A stretch of DNA of 64,000 bases from assembly GCF_964355755.1 (NCBI RefSeq), contig NC_092675.1:18448912-18512911 (forward strand). The letters run 5' to 3'. This DNA comes from Antedon mediterranea. Lineage: Eukaryota; Animalia; Echinodermata. The translations under genes and the position numbers were made by a program. The number at the start of each line of letters is the position of its first letter. The stretch's first letter is position 1. The notes under the pieces are model-generated. The model saw only the letters and a list, made by a program, of their open reading frames with translations, did not search any database and had not been told where the DNA came from. This document shows positions 26,161 to 38,100 of this stretch, one piece after another.

Positions 26161-29100
26161 CTAAGTGAACAAAAACGAGAACTTTTGAATTCGCTTAACT
26201 GCTTCTATAAAATGTTTTAATTTAATATTCATGATTCTAACATTTAATAAAAGTTATTATACAACTTTGTACGAGTAGGTTCTAACACAGACTTTTTGAT
26301 GGATGAGTTTTAATCTTAAACAAATAAATTTAGAACAAAAGAAGGAGCAGGTGGTAGATCATGGAGGAATGGCATACAAGATGACATTACCAAGCTAGGA
26401 ATACCATTGCTAACAGAAGCAGAAAGATTGGCCCAAGATAAAGAGAACTGGCAGAAGGATGGCAAAGCAGAGTGAACTTTCACCTGTACCTACATTTTAG
26501 GTCATGGTAGGTCACAATGTTTGATAGGCAATTTTTTAAGGACCATAAATAGCAAAAACAAATCTCTTACTGATCTTCTCTTGTAGTTGCACAATTTTCT
26601 TTTCTGAAGCAACTCCAGTTCTGTCGCTCTTCTCCAGACGTTGCATAACACTGTCAATATCAACGATAGCTCCTCTGTACATCACCAATCCAGCAGAAGA
26701 GTCACTTTCTGTCTTTACTTTTGGTTTTACATCAACAACTTGCTGATAATATCCATTACCTAGAAAGAAAACAATTTCAATAAATCTTCTATATCATTCA
26801 TGTTTAAGAAGTTTGAATAAGGATTACCTAGCAAGAAAACAATTGTTTTATAAATCATGGAAGTTTATACCGCCATGAATAAATCTTCTATATTACTTAT
26901 AGTTAAGAAAGTGTGAATAAGGATTGGAAGGAATGGTTATTAGCTTTTATATTTATATAAACATAACTTCAACTCAAGATAGTTACTTGGTGAATGTTTT
27001 TAGAGAAATATTTAATATGGAAAATGGTAACAAAAAACGAACATCATCTGAACTAAGTGAAAATTTAATTTAAATATTGATTACAATGCAATAAATGACT
27101 ATCCCTTGGTTTATGGTAACCTATTTAATACATAGATATTTCTAGATCAAAAGAGGTATTCATAGTAATAATATATTATAAGAAACGATGCAAAAGAATA
27201 ATTTAGAAGGATTGCAAACATGGATTGTTAAAGAATGTTGGTTTAGGTCTCTAATGATCAGCTTTGGCTGGATGGACCACTCTAGTTAAAAATTGTTGAA
27301 ATAAAAAATAAACTTATGAGAGTCTTTGATTAAAAATTTTTCATAAGAGAGTTTTTGTGAAGCTCTTTTTATAGTGAATATCAGATATTTCAATATTAGA
27401 TTCTAGTTTGAAGTTCACTCAATATAAAAGTATTGCATTTAGTTGTTTTACAACTTTGTAGATTGTGTGTGTATTCTTATACGTCAACAAGGGAATTATA
27501 GTTATTTTTAACAATTCGGAAACATAGCAAGTACGAATTCACGACATCTATAAAGAGTAAAAAAGCAGTATCTTTTTGAGCGAATGGATTGCGAAACATA
27601 AAATCTTTGATGATTTACCCAACGCTAGTTTTTGGTCTTCAAGTATTCCATTCGAACTCTCTTCTTGTACATCATCTCTGTCTTTCTTTTCTTTTGGTCT
27701 GTCTGTCAATTTTCTATAATTCCACGAATCACGTACTACTACATTGTTTAAAAGCTTACGCACCTTATAAAAAAGAATAACATGCATTTACATTTATTAA
27801 TCACATTTTAAAAGTAAATAATACTCATGCAACATAGTTTTTATTACAGATCTATATTGAGAATGACGATTAGAAAGTAAATGATGCACATTCAGTATTT
27901 AATAATCTTTTCTTTATCTAATGTGTGGTTCCACTAGCGACGCAACGTAGCGCAACCTACGCAACATTAAAAAAAACGCCTTTCCAATAATTTGTTTGCC
28001 CCTGCCTGCATGAAATCAAACCTTCTTGTTGCACATCAACGTTAGCATGGCGTAGACTTTTTACCTGGTTCACCGACTACAATGCATACTTTTGAGTACC
28101 TACGGGCTGTACTACGTTTTCCAGTATTCTTTTGCCTTGCGTTATTGTGTGAAATCAAACTGATTTGATTTCCCGTCGCGATGTTTGCAGCACTGTTACG
28201 TCGTTGGTTCCCACTTATGATTACGCAATACAGCATATTGTGTCGATACGTTGCTGCAAAGCATACTAGTGGGAACCACACTTAAATGTACATTGTTTTC
28301 AAAAACTTTAGCAACACATTGGAGTAAGTTTCTTAATTTTATTAGATTGTTTGGTATATGACAATTTTGCAATAGCTTGGCAGTGCTATTCAGTAAACTC
28401 TCCCAAGATCAGACATCAAAAGACTGGTCGCATATTTTCAAGAGATTTGGGATTTCAAAATGCATTCGAAGAACAGACAAAATTAAGATCCAAAAGAAAG
28501 ATTGGTTTTAAAACTGTTTATAATTTTCTCTGTGTTTAGTTTTGGGAGAGAGTTACTATAAATACATATTGTTATAAAAAGGGTAACATTTGGATTACCT
28601 GAGATCTTGATAAGTTCAATCCCATTGTATGTAAGATATCATCTAGATCTTTCTCAAGCAGGTACCCACAATGACTCTGGTCAAAGTAAACACAAGCTAA
28701 CAAAAGATCTGGATTAAACGTTTCCATCTTTATCTTTTCTTTTTCCTTATCCTTATCTTTGTCTCGTCGGCGAGATGGAGAGCGACTTCTGTCCTCTTTC
28801 TTTTCATCTTTCTTATCTTTTTCATCTACAAAATCAAAATAAATTTATTAGTTTTGTAGATGATCTTTTGACTTTTTATAAGCCTCACGTCACGGGTCAC
28901 TGACTAAACGCAATAATTCCAATAATCAATCGGCCTGAAACGTCGCTGTTTGAACAAGTAAGCCTTAGATTTATCTCTTTTTAAAACTTAATACTACCTG
29001 AATGAATGTCACACAGGAAATTGTCCCGCTGAATAGGGGTTGGCCATAGTGTTAAAACATATATTTCTCTTTGTTTGATCCACAGTAAAGTGTCCCCTGA

Positions 29101-32100
29101 ATAGGGGTTGGCCATAGTGTTAAAACATATATTTCTCTTTGTTTGATCCACAGTAAAGTGTCCCGCTGAATAGGGGTTAGCCATAGTGTTAAAACATATA
29201 TTTCTCTTTGTTTGATCCACAGTAAAGTGTCCCCTGAATAGGGGTTAGCCATAGTGTTAAAACCTATATTTCTCTTTGTTTGATCCACAGTAAAGTGTCC
29301 CCTGAATAGGGGTTAGCCATAGTGTTAAAACATATATTTCTCTTTGTTTGATCCACAGTAAAGTGTCCCCCTGAATAGGGGTTAGCCATAGTGTTAAAAC
29401 ATATATTTCTCTTTGTTTGATCCACAGTAAAGTGTCCCCTGAATAGGGGTTAACCATAGTGTTAAAACATATATTTCTCTTTGTTTGATCCACAGTAAAG
29501 TGTCCCCCTGAATAGGGGTTAGCCATAGTGTTAAAACATATATTTCTCTTTGATTGATCCACCGTAAAGTGTCCGCTGAATAGGGGTTAGCCATAGTGTT
29601 AAAACATATATTTCTCTTTGTTTGATCCACAGTAAAGTGTCCCCTGAATAGGGGTTAGCCATAGTGTTAAAACATATATTTCTCTTTGTTTGATCCACAG
29701 TAAAGTGTCCCCCTGAATAGGGGTTAGCCATAGTGTTAAAACATATATTTCTCTTTGTTTGATCCACCGTAAAGTGTCCCCTTAATAGGGGTTAGCCATA
29801 GTGTTAAAACATATATTTCTCTTTGTTTGATCCACCGTAAAGTGTCCCGCTGAATAGGGGTTAGCCATAGTGTTAAAACATATATTTCTCTTTGTTTGAT
29901 CCACCGTAAAGTGTCTCGCTGAATAGGGGTTGGCCATAGTGTTAAAACCTATATTTCTCTTTGTTTGATCCACCGTAAAGTGTCCCGCTGAATAGGGGTT
30001 AGCCATAGTGTTAAAACATATATTTCTCTTTGTTTGATGCACCGTAAAGTGTCCCCTGAATAGGGGTTAGCCATAGTGTTAAAACATATATTTCTCTTTG
30101 TTTGATCCACAGTAAAGTGTCCCCTGAATAGGGGTTAGCCATAGTGTTAAAACATATATTTCTCTTTGATTGATCCACAGTAAAGTGTCCCCTGAATAGG
30201 GGTTAGCCATAGTGTTAAAACATATATTTCTCTTTGTTTGATCCACAGTAAAGTGTCCCCTGAATAGGGGTTAGCCATAGTGTTAAAACATATATTTCTC
30301 TTTGTTTGATCCACAGTAAAGTGTCCCCTGAATAGGGGTTAGCCATAGTGTTAAAACATATATTTCTCTTTGTTTGATCCACAGTAAAGTGTCCCCTGAA
30401 TAGGGGTTGGCCATAGTGTTAAAACATATATTTCTCTTTGTTTGATCCACCGTAAAGTGTCCCCTGAATAGGGGTTAGCCATAGTGTTAAAACATATATT
30501 TCTCTTTGTTTGATCCACAGTAAAGTGTCCCGCTGAATAGGGGTTAGCCATAGTGTTAAAACATATATTTCTCTTTGTTTGATCCACAGTAAAGTGTCCC
30601 CTGAATAGGGGTTGGCCATAGTGTTAAAACATATATTTCTCTTTGTTTGATCCACAGTAAAGTGTCCCCTAAATAGGGGTTAGCCATAGTGTTAAAACAT
30701 ATATTTCTCTTTGTTTGATCCACAGTAAAGTGTCCCCTAAATAGGGGTTAGCCATAGTGTTAAAACATATATTTCTCTTTGTTTGATCCACAGTAAAGTG
30801 TCCCCTGAATAGGGGTTAGCCATAGTGTTAAAACATATATTTCTCTTTGTTTGATCCACCGTAAAGTGTCCCGCTGAATAGGGGTTAGCCATAGTGTTAA
30901 AACATATATTTCTCTTTGTTTGATCCACAGTAAAGTGTCCCGCTGAATAGGGGTTAGCCATAGTGTTAAAACATATATTTCTCTTTGTTTGATCCACCGT
31001 AAAGTGTCCCCTGAATAGGGGTTAGCCATAGTGTTAAAACATATATTTCTCTTTGATTGATCCACCGTAAAGTGTCCCCTGAATAGGGGTTAGCCATAGT
31101 GTTAAAACATATATTTCTCTTTGTTTGATCCACAGTAAAGTGTCCCGCTGAATAGGGGTTAGCCATAGTGTTAAAACATATATTTCTCTTTGTTTGATCC
31201 ACCGTAAAGTGTCCCCTGAATAGGGGTTGGCCATAGTGTTAAAACATATATTTCTCTTTGATTGATCCACCGTAAAGTGTCCCCTGAATAGGGGTTAGCC
31301 ATAGTGTTAAAACATATATTTCTCTTTGTTTGATCCACAGTAAAGTGTCCCCTGAATAGGGGTTAGCCATAGTGTTAAAACATATATTTCTCTTTGTTTG
31401 ATCCACAGTAAAGTGTCCCGCTGAATAGGGGTTAGCCATAGTGTTAAAACATATATTTCTCTTTGTTTGATCCACAGTAAAGTGTCCGCTGAATAGGGGT
31501 TAGCCATAGTGTTAAAACATATATTTCTCTTTGTTTGATCCACAGTAAAGTGTCCGCTGAATAGGGGTTGGCCATAGTGTTAAAACATATATTTCTCTTT
31601 GTTTGATCCACCGTAAAGTGTCCCCTGAATAGGGGTTAGCCATAGTGTTAAAACATATATTTCTCTTTGTTTGAACACAGTAAAGTGTCCCGCTGAATAG
31701 GGGTTAGCCATAGTGTTAAAACATATATTTCTCTTTGTTTGATCCACCGTAAAGTGTCCCCTGAAAAGGGGTTAGCCATAGTGTTAAAACATATATTTCT
31801 CTTTGTTTGATCCACCGTAAAGTGTCCCCTGAATAGGGGTTAGCCATAGTGTTAAAACATATATTTCTCTTTGTTTGATCCACAGTAAAGTGTCCCCTGA
31901 ATAGGGGTTGGCCATAGTGTTAAAACATATATTTCTCTTTGTTTGATCCACAGTAAAGTGTCCCCTGAATAGGGGTTGGCCATAGTGTTAAAACATATAT
32001 TTCTCTTTGTTTGATCCACAGTAAAGTGTCCCCTGAATAGGGGTTGGCCATAGTGTTAAAACATATATTTCTCTTTGTTTGATCCACAGTAAAGTGTCCC

Positions 32101-35100
32101 CTGAATAGGGGTTAGCCATAGTGTTAAAACATATATTTCTCTTTGTTTGATCCACAGTAAATTGTCCCCTGAATAGGGGTTAGCCATAGTGTTAAAACAT
32201 ATATTTCTCTTTGTTTGATCCACAGTAAAGTGTCCCCTGAATAGGGGTTAGCCATAGTGTTAAAACATATATTTCTCTTTGTTTGATCCACAGTAAAGTG
32301 TCCCCTGAATAGGGGTTAGCCATAGTGTTAAAACATATATTTCTCTTTGTTTGATCCACAGTAAAGTGTCCCCTGAATAGGGGTTGGCCATAGTGTTAAA
32401 ACATATATTTCTCTTTGTTTGATCCACAGTAAAGTGTCCCCTGAATAGGGGTTGGCCATAGTGTTAAAACATATATTTCTCTTTGTTTGATCCACAGTAA
32501 AGTGTCCCCTGAATAGGGGTTAGCCATGGTGTTAAAACATATATTTCTCTTTGTTTGATCCACAGTAAAGTGTCCCCTGAATAGGGGTTAGCCATAGTGT
32601 TAAAACATATATTTCTCTTTGTTTGATCCACAGTAAAGTGTCCCCTGAATAGGGGTTGGCCATAGTGTTAAAACATATATTTCTCTTTGTTTGATCCACA
32701 GTAAAGTGTCCCCTAAATAGGGGTTAGCCATAGTGTTAAAACATATATTTCTCTTTGTTTGATCCACAGTAAAGTGTCCCCTGAATAGGGGTTAGCCATA
32801 GTGTTAAAACATATATTTCTCTTTGTTTGATCCACAGTAAATTGTCCCGCTGAATAGGGGTTGGCCATAGTGTTAAAACATATATTTCTCTTTGTTTGAT
32901 CCACAGTAAAGTGTCCCCTGAATAGGGGTTAGCCATAGTGTTAAAACATATATTTCTCTTTGTTTGATCCACAGTAAAGTGTCCCGCTGAATAGGGGTTA
33001 GCCATAGTGTTAAAACATATATTTCTCTTTGTTTGATCCACAGTAAAGTGTCCCCTGAATAGGGGTTAGCCATAGTGTTAAAACATATATTTCTCTTTGT
33101 TTGATCCACAGTAAAGTGTCCCCTGAATAGGGGTTGGCCATAGTGTTAAAACATATATTTCTCTTTGTTTGATCCACAGTAAAGTGTCCCCTGAATAGGG
33201 GTTGGCCATAGTGTTAAAACATATATTTCTCTTTGTTTGATCCACAGTAAAGTGTCCCGCTGAATAGGGGTTAGCCATAGTGTTAAAACATATATTTCTC
33301 TTTGTTTGATCCACAGTAAAGTGTCCCCTGAATAGGGGTTAGCCATAGTGTTAAAACATATATTTCTCTTTGTTTGATCCACAGTAAAGTGTCCCCTGAA
33401 TAGGGGTTGGCCATAGTGTTAAAACATATATTTCTCTTTGTTTGATCCACAGTAAAGTGTCCCCTGAATAGGGGTTGGCCATAGTGTTAAAACATATATT
33501 TCTCTTTGTTTGATCCACAGTAAAGTGTCCCCTGAATAGGGGTTAGCCATAGTTTTAAAACATATATTTCTCTTTGTTTGATCCACAGTAAAGTGTCCCC
33601 TGAATAGGGGTTGGTCGTAGTGTTAAAACATATATTTCTCTTTGTTTGATCCACAGTAAAGTGTCCCGCTGAATAGGGGTTGGCCATAGTGTTAAAACAT
33701 ATATTTCTCTTTGTTTGATCCACAGTAAAGTGTCCCCTGAATAGGGGTTAGCCATAGTGTCAACACACACATTTTCACTAGTTAGTTTCATGGTTAAATG
33801 TACCCAGGATAGGGAACAGTGTATACACTGAATAGTACATAATAATAGTAGTAAGGATTTTTAGATCCAAAACTTAAATTATAAACATAACAATTTGGAA
33901 GCTCATTGAAAGCATGGTAAAAATAACATAAATGTGCAAATTTGAGTTGGGAAAAAGATTAAATTTGAAGTTCTAACAATACCTTTGCTATATATGATAC
34001 TATTTACTCTATTACTTTACTTTTTAAATGTGTTGCTTGGGAAACTGGTTTATAATTGGCTAAAAATTGACAATATACACAAAAGCATATTTACCTCTAT
34101 CTGACTTTTCAGCTTTCTCATCCTCATCCGATTTCCTGTCTTCCATTTCTTCACAATTATCTTTGTCATCCTCATTCACCTGTTAAAAGTGACAACAAAT
34201 GCTTACATAATATACAGAAAAAACTGTACTTTTTAAAACAAAAAAATGATAATGCTTAATATCAAGGTAGTTAATACTCAATAGCATCAACACTTCTGTG
34301 GACATCATTCACACTTAAGCTATTGGCAAATAACTATCTTACAAAATTTCTATCTAAGTGAAAACCACTTTGGGAAATCCTTAAATATACATTTACTTAA
34401 GTGAAATAATATTTAAGGGAATAACTCACTTGAGCATGAATTGTGAATACAGTCAATCCACACTATGACCTCAGTGGAGTTTTTGTTTTAAAATGATACT
34501 ACAGAAAACTCACCTTGTCTTTGTCTCCTTCTTTCTTTTCAGCATCTTGTTCCGATACTCGACGTCGTTTTACGCTTGGTTCATCTTTATCATCCTTATC
34601 CTTTAAAATTAAAATCTCAAATTAATAAAATAAGATGCTCATGATTAGTATAGTTTTCAATTAATGTAACTCTTTGAATTGTAAATACATATAACATTAG
34701 GCCCCAAATCTTGACTTATATCTACATTGTAGTATTCCTTCACAAGTGCCAACATCGGGCGATTTGATTTTTCCACCTAACTCCAGCTGAAGTATATATG
34801 ACATGCTATGTGTGGCAAAATATTTTAAAAAAAGGTAAAATCCTGTCTAGAATCTAGACTAGGGAATCTTTGAAGGTTCGCTAGGCAAAATCATTATGCT
34901 GATATAATGTTTGCGGTAGACAATGTATGTAGTTCTGAAAAGAACTGCAAGTTTCTTGATGTTTTGATAAATATACTTCGATCCAGGAAACTAGGAAATA
35001 TAAGTGAAATGGGTGGCACTGGTGTGAAAGCTAAAAACAATAGCAAGATTTACAGTGGGAGGGATTTAAACTAGCTAGTGAAGAGCATTGTTCTTTTCAG

Positions 35101-38100
35101 TATCGCAACATATATTAACAATACAATGCTTAAGGTTTGTAAAACAATACTGTCAATGTACTTATTATTCCAATCAATTCTTGCACAATTTTAAGAAATT
35201 GTTTTTAAATTCCTGATTTACCTTTTCATCCTTCTTATCTTTTTTCTTGTCTTCTTTTTTGTCAGGAGCTTTCAAAAGAGCTTTATATATATGAAAGGCA
35301 AAATCACGTTGAAGCATTTCATTAAACAGTTCAGCAACTAGTGACACCTTTAACAAAACAAAAATCACATATTATAACACATCTGTATTCTTTCAATTTG
35401 ATTGGTTACTTACATATCACAAGTCATTCGCCCTAACGGAAAAGTGAAAATTAGTTATCCGCTTGGTATACCAAGCGGATAACTCCTTGTTATTGTATGA
35501 GATCAATAGTTTTTTTCTGTATTATTAGTTATCCGCATTCAGCGGATAACTCCTAGTAATCGTCCTGTTACTTTTTTTAGTTATCCGCATTGAGCGGATA
35601 ACTCCTTGTAACTGTCCTGTTTCATCATCTTTTTTTTTTTTTTTCTGTATTCTTCTTTCTTTCTGTCATTTTTGTGTCTTGCGTAACTCAAAAACATTTC
35701 ATAACTTTGTCAACATGTGGGCATTTACGTGAAATTGTGCACCTCCTATTTTTGAATGACGTCAGAGTTGTGCAACATGACTTACGTGCGTTTTTCCGAA
35801 TTTCCCGTATTTAACATAGATCGAAAACCATATAACAATTTAAATTGAAACTGAAAAAAAGTTTAAGTTATATCTTGCGCTAACTGACTATGGGGAAAAA
35901 ATGGCATGTTTCACACGAAGTTACGCGCGCACGCGCGTTTAAAATTTCAAATTGCGAAAAATCAATTTCTAATCAACTTTCTACGCGTTTCATGTCATTT
36001 TAAGCATGTAAAAAATTCCCACGCGCGCGCTTTTTTTTACGCGCGCGGTGAAAACAATTTTTCTCTCGTGATTTATGTTTTCAAGCCTTTTACGCGCAAT
36101 TTTATGAATTTCAATGATTGATCATAGATTAAAAACCAAAAGTCATTTAGTATTGACACTTTGACAACATTTAAGTCATATCAGGGGCAAACTTTCTACG
36201 GATTAAAAATGGCATGTTTCACAAGAAGTTACGCGCGCACGCGCATTTAAAATTTCAAAATGCGCAAAATTAATTTCTAATCAACTTTTTATGCGTTTCT
36301 TGTCATTTTGAGCATGTCAAAAATTCCCACGGGCGCGCAATTTTTTACGCACGCGGTGCGCACGTAGCGTTAAAAACATATTTTTTTCTCTTGAATTATA
36401 TTTTTCAAGCCTTTCCTAGTAATTTTGAAAACAATTTAGACCTTTTCCAACTTAAATAACGCCATACGAACACGTTGAATTAAACATTTCATGCGCGTTT
36501 TTTATGAAAAAGCTTTAAAAATCGTCAAAATGTTGTCTTTTTTTAAACAGTCATAGTTTCTAAAGTAAACCGTGAACCGTTTATTTTTATTACAAAATCT
36601 AGAAGTTGATGAGTTGTAGATATCGGATCATGCATCGATAAGGCTAAAAAAAACATTGTGACGTCATCGTATGGCCACATGAATGTAAAATATAGGATTT
36701 TTGTCTCTTTCGTTATTGCTCATCACATTCAATGGAGCGCATCACGCTTATCTGTATTCCTTTTTCTCCTACATTTATATATTGTGTAGGTCAATCAACT
36801 TTCTTTAGCATGAGATAAAAATATTTTAATTTTTATAACGTCATCATGCCTAAAAATTTTAATTACGTGGGTCATTAATTTCATCTTTACAGTAAATTTT
36901 ATTCTGTAATAGCTCGTAAGAATAAAATGTGATAATCACGATTAAAACGTTTTCTGGAAGCTATTGGATTGTAGATACGAATTCATGTAAACATTTTGCC
37001 AATCGGATGTTGTGACGTCATCATATGGCCAGTTGAATAAAAAAAGTTGTATTTTCATATTTTGCGTAATAGTTCATCACATTTAAAAGGGTGCGCATCT
37101 ATATTTTACGTATTCAAATTTCTTCTACACGTTAATATGTTATTCCTAAGATAATTTCCTTCTGAAATTGCTATCTAAGTGTTTCATTTTGATACCGTCG
37201 CCATGTTAAAAATTGGAATAAATGGCGGGTCCCGTAATTTCACCTATTCTACACTGTATGTAATATGTATACAGATTATACTGTTTGCATGTATATACTA
37301 TATGACACAAAATTGACAGAATTCAGCACTGACAGCATATCATATTCTTCAGTTCTTGTCATAATGCCATAATCTTTATCTGTGTGCAATATTCCAACGT
37401 ATGACGTGCACGTGGCGTTTGTCGTGGTGCGGATAACTAACTCGTCAAAGTGACGAGTTTCATGTCTAGTTAATGATTTATTTAATTAATGTGACTGATC
37501 TGAATGGCAGCATTGTCAGTTTTTAGTAATTTTCCTTTCAATGTATGTCTACATTTAAATATAACAGTTCTTATGCTTAACTGGAAACAGACGAAAGTTG
37601 AATTAGCCCCTTGGCAGTCAACAGTGCCCCGCCTAACAAGATCAGACTGTTCTCATCTGTTTTTATATATGTACTATTAGCATGCACTGTATGATAACCA
37701 GGTTACCTCATTTCTAATTAAATTCCTGAAACCTAACTTACTTCAAATGATGCTTCTTTGTTGTTATCTAAAGAGTAATCAAGCAGTACACTCAGTGACA
37801 TCAGCGTGCAATCAAATTTACCACTTTTGGCAGTGCTTGAAGGGTGTACAATAATAGAGGGCGTCTCGGGTAACACATAGCGCTTTTCAAGAGCCTGCCG
37901 TTCTTTTTCTTCTCGTTTCTTTTTCTCGTCATCCTACGCATAACAAAATATAAATATTATTATTTTATATTATCATATACATTTTGAAGGACATAACATT
38001 TGAAATAAAAAAATAGAAAACCATTACAACAAAGAAAAATGTGAAAGGTATTGTTTATTGGAAGTATTTGAATGTATAAATGAAAAACAGTTGTTTTAAG

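Noticed and set aside
28981-33791. Many ORFs, CRISPR-like appearance, or hammerhead-ribozyme satellite
   Set aside because: Units are head-to-tail with no unique spacers, the context is a eukaryotic intron, and there is no CUGANGA core on either strand.
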